Source of the DNA: Octopus vulgaris
Taxonomy: Eukaryota
DNA: 64,000 bases
Assembly: GCA_951406725.2 (NCBI GenBank)
Contig: OX597827.1
Coordinates: 22,444,001 to 22,508,000 of the forward strand
Reading direction: 5' to 3'
Below the pieces are notes generated by a model. It did no database searches. It worked only from the letters and a program-made list of their open reading frames with translations, and had not been told where the DNA came from. A program made the translations under genes and the position numbers. Shown in pieces: positions 15,045 to 28,380 of this stretch; the stretch's first letter is position 1; each line of letters starts with the position of its first letter.

Positions 15045-15270
15045 GAAAACGGCGAGCTTGACAGAATGCTTAGCGGTATTTCGTCGGACAAAATGCTTAG
15101 CGGTATTTCGTTCGTTTTTACCTTCTAAGTTCAAATTCCACCGAGGTTAACTTTACCTTTAATCCATTCGAGGTCGATATAATAATTAACGGTTGAACAC
15201 TGGATTCGATTTAGATCAACTGGCTCCCTATCCCGAAATTTCAATCCTTGTGCCAATATTTGAAAGTATT
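15045..15270 (+). mobile_element. SINE family B with internal duplication
   Basis: ggcgagctt...aatgcttagcggtatttcgt twice, B-box agttcaaattcc, tail gtgccaatatttgaaa. Confidence 0.75.
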
Positions 15271-15502
15271 ATTTATAGCTTTATTTGCTTCGAGATAAAC
15301 CATTCAAATACAGAACTATATTTACGTGTGTATATGCGCGCGCGCGCGTGTGTGTGTGTGTGTGTGCGCGTGTGTGTGTGCATGTGTATGTGTGTGTATA
15401 TGTGTATGTGTATATGTGTATGTGTGTAATTTACAACACAACCTGGAACTGAAGAGAGTAAATACATTCCTTCCATTCTTTTGATATACGGGAAAAAATG
15501 AC

Positions 15503-15552
15503 GAGTCTCTAAACGGACCGTTACATGATTTGTCGATCACCCCTCAGAGAAG
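15503..15552 (-). ncRNA. Mutated hammerhead, inverted homologue of 16299-16350
   Basis: Minus strand cttct-CTGAGGG-gtgat...atcat-GTAA-cggtccg-TT-tagagact; two core substitutions. Confidence 0.5.
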
Positions 15553-15915
15553 ATGCGCTCGATTTCCTTTCCTAATCAATAGGATAGAGTCTTCGGCTTT
15601 TGTGTAAAGCAGTCGTAGGTCATTTTAACGAATTAGCCGACGAAGAATCTATGTTACTGATTAAGGAATAAAACTGCAGATAAATTGGCCGCTAGAAGAG
15701 TCTCCATCTCTTTCTACCGCACACCAAAAGCTGAGAAGAAATCTGCTGTCCTTTTTAATACTTCACTCAGAGCCAAACTTTATTATATGTTAATTTATTC
15801 TTCTGATTTACGCTCTGCTGTGCATAAATTATATATTGTTTAATAATTGACGTCAAAAACATACATAAGCAAATTGGGTTATTCACTTTTGTAGAAGCCT
15901 AATTTATCACTGCTT

Positions 15916-16250
15916 GAAGGCGCATGGCTCACTGGTTAGAGCGTCAGGTTCACAATTATGAGGTAGTGAGTTCAATTCTCGGACCTGGCTGTGTGTTCTT
16001 GCGCAAGACACTTTATTTCATATTGCTCCAGTTCACTCCGGTGTAGAAATGAGTTGCGACATCACTAGTGTCAAGCCGTATCGGCCTTTGTCTTTCCTTT
16101 GGACAAAACCGGTGGCGTGGAGAGGGGGTGCTGTTATGCATGGGTGACTGCTAGTCATCTATAAACAACCTTGACTAGACTTGTGCCTCGGAGGGGAACT
16201 TTCTAAGTACAATACTATACTCATTCATCACTGAAGGGGGTTCCTCCTAT
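15916..16250 (+). mobile_element. tRNA-derived SINE family D
   Basis: A-box tggctcactggttagagc, B-box gagttcaattctc, followed by gttcttgcgcaagacacttta core. Confidence 0.75.
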
Positions 16251-16298
16251 CTAGTGACTGAAAATATTATGTTGTTGATTGGGAAGGGATGGCTGGTA

Positions 16299-16350
16299 AG
16301 TCTTCTCTGAGGAACGACCAATAAATTGTGAAACGGTTCGTCTGGAGACT
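16299..16350 (+). ncRNA. Type I hammerhead ribozyme motif
   Basis: agtcttct-CTGAGGA-acga(ccaataaa)ttgt-GAAA-cg(gtt)cg-TC-tggagact: full core, three stems, GUC cleavage triplet; first stem I pair is U-U. Confidence 0.75.
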
Positions 16351-17934
16351 CCACTCCTTTTTTTTTCAGCATTGAAAAATGTGTTCACTTTCTTCTTATT
16401 TCGCTCACAGTCAGGTTTTTTTATATTTAAATTTATTTCAGTCCTCATAAGTGTAAGTGTGCGTATACATGTGTGTAAAATACAAAGTGTCTTAAGATGG
16501 TATCCCTTCTTTGGACAAAGAGTAAAAGCTTTTCTTCGGCCTGAGACCACGAGATTGTGAGGATTCTCACATCTGTCATAGAGTGAAGATGAAAGAAAAC
16601 TAATAACCACTACAGTTCCTGGTTTTTAATCTATATGATGTATACACATTGATCTGATACTTATTAGAGACAGAAAGTGGGGAAATGGTAGGGGACTCTG
16701 GGATAAGGCTTTTGGGAACTGTGAAATGAAATGCGACTCATACAGTTTTCTTACCATACAGTTTTCTTACCAAAAGTACATTAATACGCCAACCGTAGAT
16801 TTGAACTCATAAGTAAGGACGAAAGAGTCCTTACTTATGAGTTCGAATTTATCTGACAGTGTGTGGATGCACAAACACACTTGCACACATGCGCGTGCGT
16901 GCAGAGAGAGAGAGAGAGAGAGAGAGTGAGAGAGAGAGAGAGAGAGAGTGAGAGAGAGAGAGAGAGAGTGAGTGAGAGAGAGAGAGTGAGAGAGAGAGAC
17001 GCACGCACACACACACAGATAGAGAGACTGAGATATACTGGAGTTATGATATTACAACCCTAAGTCTTTTCATGGCACTGACTCATGAAACGTCGATCTT
17101 ATGACTGACGTACCTCAGCGACATACGTCATAGCGAATGGAATTATTTGTCAGACTTTGGTAAGAAGTCTGCAAAACAGAATCCATGTCATTCACCGTGA
17201 CGATCTAACTATATCCACTTACAACACAACATTCCTCAGCCTATACTCATTGCAATATACATACATACATACATACATACATACATTTCATATAAATTCT
17301 ATACATATGTATATACATGCATGCATACATACGTTCATACACACAAACACACAAACTGATATTCAAAATCATGTAGGGAAATCTGTTTTATATACATTTA
17401 CATATACAAACGTCTATAAAGTAAAGCGTATACATTTATGTGTGTATGTGAGAGATGTGTGTGTGCGTATAAGTGATTAATTCTTTCACGTAGACTTGCA
17501 GCTCAAACGCATATTATACACTCCACTATTGATGTGGGCATGGGTTATAAGCATTATACATATATATATATATACTGACATACCCGCACATTAATCGATC
17601 GAGGGTACTTTTGATTCAGGAAGCAATATCGTACACTGAGATTCAAAATCCGAATTATTGTAGCAGATTTGGTAAAGCTCGAAGAATTCAGAGAATGGTA
17701 TGGCAGATGAAAGGAAGAGGATGAAAGGAAGAGTTGTCGAGATAGAAGTTGGAGTCAGTAGACTTGCTATGGATGGGAGGGAAAATGTGGATATTGTTGA
17801 TGGTGGTGCAGATGTCAAGAAAACTAACGCAGGCGTCAGACAAGGCAGAGGTAAAAATCTATGACGAACTGAAAAAGTTTTATAAATAGAATGTGTCGCT
17901 TCTCTGGGAATGGACATATTGAAGCTCAGATGTC

Positions 17935-17987
17935 GGTTGTCAATCGATGTTGGGTAGACAAACACAGACACACAAATGTATACACGC

Positions 17988-18032
<45 letters not shown>

Positions 18033-18195
18033 TACGACGGGCTTCTTTCAGTTTCCGTCTACCAAATCCACTCACAAGGCTTTGGTTGGCCCGAGGCTAT
18101 AGTAGAAGACACTTGCCCAAGGTGCCACGCAGTGGACTGAACCCGGAACCATGTGGTTCGTAAGCAAGCTACTTACCACACAGCCACTCCTGCAC
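17935..18195 (-). mobile_element. SINE family A, 3'-truncated
   Basis: Near-consensus reverse complement of head and CORE. Confidence 0.85.
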
Positions 18196-20994
18196 ATGTG
18201 AACATGCTCACAAAATCAGAAAACAACACTGCACCCATGACTTTCGAAAAAGTTTTTCACGTTCAGAATTGCTGAAGCATGGAATAAACTACCCGCATCA
18301 GTTGTTAGCTGTCGAGACACTCCATCTTCAAGACTTCCATGCTTCCTGAAATCTGCCAACAGTACACTGTATACAACAATTTCTTTCCTACATCAGATGA
18401 ACCTGTTGAGCTGTTGCCTGGGGAAGTTGATAATGCCCAAATAGTAGTCTATATAATGACTGGAAAAGCTTCGTGGGATGGGTCCCGTTATAAGGAAAAG
18501 GCCCCGTTATGATGAAAAGGGTACTAATCTAGGAATTTGCGAGATGTCGTGCAGTAATTTTTTCGACTTTTTGCGTTGCAACAGCAGCACTTACGACATC
18601 ACTACTACTTATGTCTGCCATTCCGAAAGCGGTGGAGTTTCCTTGGACAACATCAGTGGCAGAGAGAGAGAGAGGAGATCTGCTTGCGGAACATCTGTTA
18701 GCCTTTCTCACAAAAAAGTACGGAGGCTACAGATAGGGATAAGGAGTTGACCGTACGTGACGGATGCCCTTGTTTGTGGGTGCGCGCGCACGTTTGTGTT
18801 GTATCCTTTATGAATATTCTCAAATTATGGTTGTTGTAGACAAATTGATCTGATCAAGTTGAAATCATTTCCTGATTCCGCTTCTTCCCTAGAACTAATT
18901 TGTTCCAGATCCCTTATAAATACTCCGCAGAAACTCACGAATTTAAAAATATATTTCGTTTCCCTTAAAAATTTTAAGGATCACGTTGCGTTAGGTGCTA
19001 CCCTTCAAATATTCGGGTTACCAAACTCAGCTCACAAAAATCCTGAAACGCGTTAACAAGGGTAGACTCGTTGATTTCTCCTGGTTCAAGTTGACATTCA
19101 ATGTCCAGTTGGTCAGCGACATTACTCATAAACACAAGAGTTTCGTTACGCATCGGGTGAGTGAGGTGGATAGAAAGGTTACTCATTTACCAGGAGGTCA
19201 GAAGTACTTGAATTAACTGAGCTGGACATTGTCCCCCAATGACCAAGTGATCATAGAGACACCAAACTGGCTCAAACAGATATGTATTGACCAAGTGGTC
19301 AGAGAAATATTGCAATTTATAAATGGACGCGCAATGGCCTTCAAAGCCAAGCGGTCAGCAGAAGATACACTTACTTAAGTAGCCACTGTCCCGGTCAGTG
19401 GGACACGAGTGGACACTCAGTTGGCAAGTGTAGCAGAATAAAGGTCACTCTTTCCAATTATTGGTTTGTAAAGGAACGGACGGCGGTCAGCAACACTTGC
19501 ACGTGTGGAGGCCTTTTTTGCATGTCAAACATTGCCACCTTGCAACCAGCATCTCCACCACCATCATCATGTGCATTGCTATAATCACAATCATCATCGC
19601 CACCACCATCATCCTCATAACCATTAACACTTCTATCCTTCCAGCCTCCACCATAAAACCCCTCCCCCATTATTATTATTACCACCGCGCCTTAGCCGCC
19701 ATCACCAATGCAACCACAAGCACCACCATCTCCACCAATAATTTTAACACCACCACAGCTAAATTACTAAAACTAAGGAACGCCACCACCCCACCCCCAC
19801 TGCCTACCCTCGCCTCCATTCTCACCACCCCCATCGCCACCCCCACTGCCTACCCTCGCCTCCATTCTCACCACCACCACCACCACCACCACTATAACTA
19901 CCGTAACCACTAGTGTCATCAACACCACCACCACCACCACCACCTCCCTCTTACCGCCACCATCAGCACCATCCACCTCATGGCCACCCACCCAAACTTC
20001 CACACTCCTCAGCCTTCAAAGAAAGCTGGTAGAATCTACAGAAGAAGTTCTTATTGCCCGTGGGGCCGCAATCACACACACACACACATACGCTAGTCTT
20101 ACACAACCAACTACAATGGCCATCACATATGCACACACACACATATGTACACCAACACACACTAGTCTTACACAGCTTACTGCGATGGCTGCCACTAAAC
20201 ACATACATACACCCTTACATATTACACACGCACACACATACACACTTATACATACGCAAACAACAATAGCCACTACACACACATAAACCAACAACAAAAG
20301 CTGCCACACACACGCACACACATAAACTCACGCCCGCACGCACATACATTCACGCACGCACACACAACAATGGCTGCCACACGCACACTCACACACACAC
20401 ACACACACAAACAATGGATGTCAAACACACACACGCACACTCACGCACACACACATACACTCACGCACATACACTCACGCACGCACACACCACAATGGCT
20501 GCCACACACACACAAGCACACTCACGCACACACACATACACACGCACACACAACCCAACAACAATGGCTGCCGCACACGTGTTCAGGCGAATGCTTCTCC
20601 TCGTTGTTCGACTTCAATATTTTTGTTTTCAAGTGAAGCAGGTCACTGCATGTTGTTGTTGTTGTTGGTATTGTCGTCGTTGTTGTTGTTCTTCTCCTTT
20701 TACTATTGTTGTTGATAGTGCTGTTATTGTAATTGTCCATATTGTTGCTTGTGTCTGTTGCCATTTTTGTTGCTGTTATTGTTGTTGTAGTGGTGGCGGT
20801 GGTGAAGGCGGCGGCGGCGGCGGTGGCAGCGGCGGTGGTGGTGGTTGTTACTGCTGTTGTTGTTGTTGTTGTTGTTGCCATTGTCGTTATGTATTTACCA
20901 ACAATGAGGAACATGAAAACAATGTTTATTTTCTCTTATAACAGTAAGACTTTTACACGTGTTTAATGCGTGTGAATTCATGTATATGTATATA

Positions 20995-21400
20995 TTTCTT
21001 TACTACCCACAAGGGGCTAAACATAGAGGGGACAAACAAGGACAGACAAGGGGATTAAATCGATTACAGCGACCCCAGTGCGAAACTGGTACTTAATTTA
21101 TCGACCCCGAAAGGATGAAAGGCAAAGTCGACTTCGGCGGAATTTGAACTCAGAACGTAACGACAGACGAAATACCTATTTCTTTACTACCCACAAGGGG
21201 CTAAACACAGAGTGGACAAACAAAGACAGACAAAGGGATTAAGTCGGTTACATCGACCCCAGTGCGTAACTGGTACTTAATTTATCGACCCCGAAAGGAT
21301 GAAAGGCAAAGTCGACCTCGGCGGAATTTGAACTCAGAACGTAACGACAGACGAAATACCGCTAAGCATTTCATCCGGCGCGCTAACGTGTCTGCTAGTA
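20995..21400 (-). mobile_element. SINE family B tandem dimer
   Basis: Two approximately 185 bp units (tttctttactacccacaagggg...gacgaaatacc). Confidence 0.9.
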
Positions 21401-21584
21401 TATATGCTTGCTGCGCGCGTGTATGTCTATATATAAATGTGCTTGCTGCGAGTTTGTGTGTGTGTCGAGGTTTCACGTGGTCTATGTAAGTGTATTTTCT
21501 TTTTCAATATCTTGTCAATCTATAATTGATTGAGTATTGATCCCTAGAAACCCGTCGATGTATCACACTAAATTCAGTTCGAGA

Positions 21585-21770
21585 CGTCGAGTTGGCTGAA
21601 AGGTCAGCAACCCAGGACAAAATACTTAACGACATTTCTACCAGTTTTACGTTCTGAGTTCAAATTCTGCTGAAGCCGACTATGCCTTTCATCATTTCGG
21701 GATCGATGAAATAAGTACCAGTTACGAACTGGCTCGACTAGCCCCCCTCCCACCCCAAAGTTTCCGGCCC
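21585..21770 (+). mobile_element. Degraded SINE family B
   Basis: gttctgagttcaaattc...gcctttcatcatttcgggatcgatgaaataagtaccag. Confidence 0.75.
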
Positions 21771-21789
21771 ATTTACGCACAACAGATTA

Positions 21790-21995
21790 GACGTTTGACA
21801 AAAAATTCCTAACATCGGGCTACAACGAGTAACCTCAGCTGTCAAGAACCTTCCTAAGTATCCTGGCTCTCCGTAATAAAACTGGTTTCTGGAGCTTCAC
21901 TATGTTAAGTTTTGTGGTTGTTTCCTGTTTTTCAAATTTTCCGAGATAGTTCCCAATGCACCAATAACTACAGGGATACATTTTACCCGCACTTA
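21790..21995 (-). mobile_element. 3' end of an R4/Dong-type (RLE) non-LTR retrotransposon
   Basis: Minus strand translates VKCIPVVIGALGTISENL...LQKPVLLRRARILRKVLDS*, the characteristic R4/Dong C-terminus. Confidence 0.75.
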
Positions 21996-22039
21996 AATTT
22001 TATCTCTGTAAATTAATGGCAATTATTATTATAGTTATA

Positions 22040-22274
22040 TTAAGGCGGCGAGCTGGCAGAAACGTTAGCATGCCGGGCGAAATGCTTAGCGGTATTTCGT
22101 CTGCGTTACGTTGTGAGTTCAAATTCCGCCGAGGTCGACTTTGCCTTTCATCCTTTCGGGGTCGATACATTAAGTACCAGTTACGCACTGGAGTCGATGT
22201 AATCGACTTAATACCTATGTCTGTCCTTGTTTGTCCCCTCTGTGTTTAGCCCCTTGTGGGTAATAAAGAAATAG

Positions 22275-22318
<44 letters not shown>
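22040..22318 (+). mobile_element. SINE family B, near consensus, (ATT)n tail
   Basis: aaggcggcgagctggcagaaacgttagc...aagaaatagg(tat)n. Confidence 0.9.
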
Positions 22319-22622
22319 GAGCGAGAGAGCAGTGCCCGCCATCAAAGTGACACTGGGGTAAAATATACGAAGCCCAGTATACCCATCATGACTAACCGTC
22401 TGATAAGGGTATATACCAGGCACATGCATCACGACCATATGTGTGTGACATGGTGAACTCATGTCAAGATAAACAACGCATGACCTTGCAGGTGGGACCC
22501 AGTTAGAATTTTCTTCGGGTTGAGTAGCCCATTCCGCTCAAAAGAGGTCTCTGAATAAGGGTTGTTTAAGGATGTTGAACGAAACACTCATGTTTCCAGA
22601 GGTGAATTATTCAAACCTCAAA
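22318..22622 (-). mobile_element. (TAA)n-tailed family C
   Basis: Reverse complement of 6585-6880. Confidence 0.85.
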
Positions 22623-22736
22623 GAGTTTATTTCAGATATTCTCATTTTAAAAATCATCTCTGGTTAATCGTTGAGAGGACGCTGCTGTTGTCTTGGTGGG
22701 GATTTGCGCTCTCTGAGTGCTCTAGTTTACTTTGTT

Positions 22737-22784
<48 letters not shown>

Positions 22785-22787
<3 letters not shown>

Positions 22788-23283
22788 GAGTGAGCGAGTA
22801 GTGCATGCCATCAAAGTGACACTGGGGTACAAGTATACGAAGTTCAATAAACCCATCATGACTACCCGTCACAATACACCCAGGCACATGCATCACAGGT
22901 GAGCTGGCAGAACCGTTAGCACGCCGGGCGAAATGCTTAGCGGTATTTCGTCTGCCTTTATGTTCTGAGTTCAAATTCCGCCGAGGTCGACTTTGCCTTT
23001 CATCCATTCGGGGTCGATTGAATAAGTACAAGTTACGCACTGGGGTCGATATAATCGACTTAATCCCTTTGTCTGTCCTTGTTTGTCCTCTCTGTGTTTA
23101 GCCCCTTGTGGGTAGTAAAGAAATAGGTATTTCGTCTGTCTTTACGTCCTGAGTTCAAATTCCGCAAAGGCCGACTTTACCTTTCATCCTTTCGGGGTCG
23201 ATAAATTAAGTACCAGTTGCGTACTAGGGCCTCCTCCCCCAAAATGTCGGACCTTCTGCCTATAGTAGAAAAGATTATTATCA
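22785..23283. mobile_element. Family C 3' end (-) fused to SINE B dimer (+)
   Basis: 22785-22895 matches the family C tail; 22897-23283 is head, body, tail 1, body, tail 2. Confidence 0.85.
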
Positions 23284-23874
23284 TTATTGGTTCCGCTCTA
23301 TTTGGTAGGGAGAAAAAGCAAGGGTCACTTGTCAGGGACGTCGATGATGATGTCGATTCGTGCCTAACAGTCACCTTTGAGATGCAATAGGGGTGGAGTA
23401 AACGAAGATGTTACACTTGGTGCCATGTTGTGTGGTGGAATCACTCTAGCCATAAAATTCATGACCCACAAGACTAGAGAACAGAGTCAAAACTGTGACC
23501 TCTGCTGAGATAAGATGCATATTTCATGGATGAGGACCAAATTGAAACGAGGTGGAACTAACTCTCAATCTGAACAAGCTAGAATTCACAGTTCTTCGCA
23601 AGAGTGACAAGTTCCAATGGAGCGATTCTACAATGTATGCAAAGAATATGCAAATTGAAAACGGATCGAGAAGGAAATGAAAAATTGGATTTAAATTGTA
23701 GACTTTATGGAGTTCTGTATTTCACTCATCCAGTACAAGTACAACATCGATTATCCGAAACCTTTCCGGATTACAGACTTTTCCGAACTAGGATATCACC
23801 ATGGTCAACACACTCTTAATTAAATATTCAATAAAATTATATAATTAAATGAAATACAGGTACCTGTATATTTA

Positions 23875-24285
23875 TCTTTTATTCTTTTACTTGTTTCAGT
23901 CATTTGATAGTGGCCATGCTGGAGCAATACATCGAAGGGTTTTTAGTCGAATGAATCGAGCCCAGAGCTGTTTTTTTTTTTGTTTTCTTTTAAAGAGTGG
24001 TACTTATTCTATCAGTCTGTTTTGCCGAATCGCTAAGTTACTGGGGCGTTAACCCACCAACACCGTTTGACAAATGGTGATAGGAGACAAACACACATGC
24101 ATATATGTGTGTGCGTATGTGTATATGACGGGTTTCTTTCAGTTTCCATCTACCAAATCCACTCACAAGGCTTTGGTCGGCCCAAGGCTATAGTAGAAGG
24201 CACTTGCCCAAGTTGCCACATAGTGGGACTGAACCCGGAACCATGTGGTTGGGAAGCAAGCGTCTTACCACACAGCCACACACGC
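23875..24285 (-). mobile_element. SINE family A
   Basis: Full head-to-tail similarity to family A. Confidence 0.85.
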
Positions 24286-24571
24286 ACCTTTGTGTAACTG
24301 ATGTGAATGTATTACTCCTGTGCTGCGCAAGATGTTTTAGTCCAGGCAAACTATCAGCAAACCAGTCTGGCGGCCACAAGAGTTTGAAGTTCCTGTTTGT
24401 GAATTGGTGCGGAAAAGGTTCGGGACGATGAATGTGTGGGACGTGGGTTGTATCTGTATATCACAAGAACTCACGGAAGAGGTTGAAATCACCAGCTATG
24501 AACATGTATTGGAAGATGGCACAGGGGCAGCGTGAATGGGGCAGGCCCTGACCAACACACGAGGAAGTTTT

Positions 24572-24960
24572 AAAGGAGTGGCTGTGTAGTAAGAAGTTTG
24601 CTTCCCAAGCACACGGTTCAGGGTTCAGTCCCACTGCGTGGCACCTTGGCACTTTGGGCTGACCACTGCATGACACGTGGCACTTTGGGCTGACCAGAGC
24701 CTTGTAAGTGGATTTAGTAGACGGAAACTGAAAGAAGCCCGTCATTTACATGCATGCATGCGTGTGTGTGTGTGTTTGTCCCCTTTCACTGCCGCTTGAT
24801 AACCAGTGCTGGTGTGTTTACGTCCCCCGTATTGTAGCGGTTCGGCAAAAGAGACCGTTTAAGTAAGTACTGGGGGTCGATATATGCGGCTATACATTCT
24901 TCAAGGCGGTGCCCCAGCATGGTCACAGTCTAATGACTGAAACAAGAAAAGGATAAAAGC
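24572..24960 (+). mobile_element. SINE family A with internal duplication
   Basis: Duplicated tggcactttgggctgacca; tail ggcggtgccccagcatggtcacagtctaatgactgaaac. Confidence 0.85.
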
Positions 24961-25719
24961 TAAAGGTCACATATTACATGATATTTTTTTAAGATATCGA
25001 GGTTCAATTATTGTTTCGTTTATAATATTTTTTTCTTATTCATTTCCGGCTAAATTTTCCGATCGTCCAATTACATATGCTATGATATCCATCACCATTC
25101 TCGTTTCACACCCGACTATAAGTGACCACTTGACCTGCTAGAAACAGCAGATGATTCACCTCAAATCACGTCCTACTGTTTTACAAAAGGACACTTTGAA
25201 CACCGTATTCCCTGGTGATCACAACTGATCTGTGTTTGGTTATGGGCTGTTCAGAAACCAGTGATGAGCTGGAATTAAATCAACAACGATATACTTTTTA
25301 TGTCCTATGTTAACAAAGCAAGAGTGTCTTTATGTGTGTGGTTCGTTATGCTAGATATAATAGCCAAGATTCCCCAAAGCATAAATTTCACATTAAATAA
25401 AGACACATTACGATATACTAAGTCTGGGGAAAAACACGGAAGGGTGCAGTTGGAAGGTTTTTCATCGTCTGCTGGTTCTCATGTGGTGTGAGGACTTAGG
25501 GCTAAATCACGGCATTAACAACAACAACAATAATAATAAGTACAGCCATAACAGCAATAAAAACAGCGACAATAAGCACAGCTCTAGCATCAATAACAAC
25601 AACAACAACAACAACAAAAACAGCGATGATGACAAGAATAACAACGTCTATCACAAGAAATGTAATGGCACTGCAGAAATAGATGGTGGTGGTGGTGGCG
25701 GTGGCGGTGGCGATGATCG

Positions 25720-25892
25720 AGAAGAAGAAGAAGAAGAAGAAGAAGAAGAAGAAGAAGAAGAAGAAGAAGAAGAAGGAAGAAGAAGACGACGAAGAAGAAG
25801 AAGAAGAAGAAGAAGAAGAAGAAGAAGAAGAAGAAGAAGAAGAAGAAGAAGAAGAAGAAGAAGAAGAAGAAGAAGAAGAAGAAGAAGAAGAG
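25720..25892. repeat. (GAA)n trinucleotide tract
   Basis: About 170 bp near-perfect GAA. Confidence 0.95.
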
Positions 25893-26243
25893 ATGAGGTG
25901 GGGCCGGGATAATGATGGGGAAAACTCAGTAAGAAAGAAAACAAGCAACAATAGAAAACACATTATCAGCGACAACTTCAACAACAACAACAACAACAAT
26001 AGTAAAGATAATAAAAAAAGTTTCTATCATTGCACTCCTCTAAAAAAAAACAGAAAAGACTCACAGCCAGTAAAACTTATCACGGCAAACTGTCATCTAC
26101 AACTTTTCTGTGGCTTCCATCTTAAGTCACATGACCTGTCGTTGTTATCATATGACAGCAGTTATAAGATGGTAGCACACACTTAGCGTTGCCTTTTAAT
26201 ATCACACACTGCCAAAGTATGTGTATGAGTGCGCCGGCGCGCA

Positions 26244-26282
<39 letters not shown>

Positions 26283-26302
26283 ATATATACATATGTGCGT
26301 GC

Positions 26303-26347
<45 letters not shown>

Positions 26348-27010
26348 TGTCAATGCATATGCACACACATAAGTGTGTATATATATATATGTATATGTAT
26401 ATGTGGGCATATGCACATATAAGTATACATGCGCACAACCACATATTTGTGCGCGCGCGTGTATGTGCGTATACGTGTTTGTATATGAGAGAAGTGTGTA
26501 ATCGTACGTGTGGGGCATGTATGGATGTTTTTTATGTTCATTTATGTGCGTTTGTGCATTTGTACAACACATCGAATGGTTGCGCTCATGAATGCATTTC
26601 TGAAAGGCATAACATGGAATACGCAAGAAAACCCGTGTGTCTTAATATGTCGACACACGTGTGTATACCATTGAGTTATAAAGTGTATGAGTCTATCTGT
26701 ATGCGTATGTCTGTGGTGTAACTGTATGTATGTATGTATGTATGTATGTATGCATGTATGTATGTATGTATGCATGTATGTATGTATGTATGCATGCATG
26801 TATGTATGTATGCATGCATGTATGTATGCATGTATGTATGTATGTATGCATGCATGTATGTATGTATGTATGTATGAATGTATGTATGTATTAAGGATTA
26901 TATGTTTGTTAGAGTATATACACTATACATATATGTCTATCCTTGCAATATATAGGTATAGATATGTGCTCGTATATGCAGGCGATAATATATATATATA
27001 TATATGAGTG

Positions 27011-27061
<51 letters not shown>

Positions 27062-27065
<4 letters not shown>

Positions 27066-27262
27066 ATAAAAACGGTAAGACAACAAAAGAAAGAAAGGGA
27101 CCTCGATATTATGTAAATAGAGGAATTTATTTGTAAATGTAATATGTGACAATTATTCGGTAGTCATGATAAAACTCCGAGTTTCGGATGCCGTGGTGGA
27201 AATCCACGCCGCCATCTCTTTAGTTATCTGGCCATCGGAAAGTCACATATTACATTTACAGA
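27062..27262 (-). mobile_element. Short Penelope-like pLTR remnant with hammerhead (27168-27230) enclosed by a 20 bp inverted repeat
   Basis: Minus strand gataa-CTAAAGA-gatggcggcgtgg...ccacggcatcc-GAAA-ctcggag-TT-ttatc (core G5 to A); tgtaaatgtaatatgtgac / gtcacatattacatttaca inverted; (TA)n on both sides. Confidence 0.65.
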
Positions 27263-27423
27263 TATATATATATATATATATATATACTAATGTACGAAAA
27301 TAAGTACAAAAGGTGTGGAACATAGTGCTCGAATACCAAAGGTAGAGTAATATACTATTTTATTAAAACTGAAAAAAGGTCAAAGTTTCACAAGACCGTT
27401 CATCAGACAGCTGTGATAATACA

Positions 27424-27552
27424 CAAATCCACTTTGGTCGGCCTCAAGCTATAGCTGAAGACACTTTCCCAAGGTGCCACGCAGTGGTTCTGAACTCGGA
27501 ACAATATGGTTGTGAAGCAGACTACATACCACACAGCCACGCCTGCACCTGT
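27424..27552 (-). mobile_element. Partial SINE family A
   Basis: Reverse complement of head and CORE. Confidence 0.7.
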
Positions 27553-28149
27553 ATGTCTACTCTGTAGGATTTTGTTTACTAAATATAACTCCCACCCAAA
27601 TAAATGCGCAACTACATCTTCATCTAAAATCATTCATTTCCACATTTCGCATTCTTCACAAAGGACAACCGAAACGTTTCTTTCCCAGTTCCAGACTTCT
27701 ATAATTCCACGTTTTCCATTATCGACTCTAAACCTAAACACTGTCGTCTTTGTACACTCATCATTTTTAACCCCCACGCCCTACAGAGTCACGTTTCCAA
27801 TTTTATCCTCTTTTCCGTATTCCCCCTGGATCACACTTGAGCACCCCTATATTCCTTGTGTCACAAACCCACAAAATCAAATTTACTCAGATTTAGATTG
27901 CTTGTTTCAAAATTTCGCCAAAGTGAAACTTCTACACTGTTGCATTTTCTCAATGCACCCATCAGATCGATGCCAAACTTGCATCCTTCCACATCACCCC
28001 CACCCCCCATTGCTACATTTCCACAACGTTATCCTTCCATACGGTCAATGTTTGCGCAATAATTCCACATCGCTTCAGTGTCGTGTTTGCATAACATTGG
28101 TTGCTAATGTAGGCGCAATGTGCATAATGTTACAATACTACATTCCTGT

Positions 28150-28380
28150 CTGGAGCCCTAGCACTTTAAGGGCCGATTTCCTTGTTTCCGTGGCGTTTAA
28201 ATGACCAAGATCAAAACATTCCTCTTGGATGGGACGACAGTCCTTACACGCATACAACTGAGTTGATTTATACAACTTGAAATGAAGCGTTTTACTAAGA
28301 ACACAATGCATCGACCAGTTCAGGAATCGAAACCGCGATGTTGCGATCGTAAATGCAACATCGTAACTACTCGACCATGA
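28150..28380 (-). mobile_element. Degraded tRNA-derived SINE
   Basis: Reverse complement has B-box ggtttcgattcc and gtgttcttagtaaaacgctt core. Confidence 0.5.

Noticed and set aside
17591-17900. 134 aa ORF or old LINE 3' end
   Set aside because: Only vague similarity to CR1-type C-termini; the ORF start lies within SINE and microsatellite sequence.
25481-26186. Poly-E/K/R ORFs
   Set aside because: Translations of (GAA)n and (AAC)n tracts.
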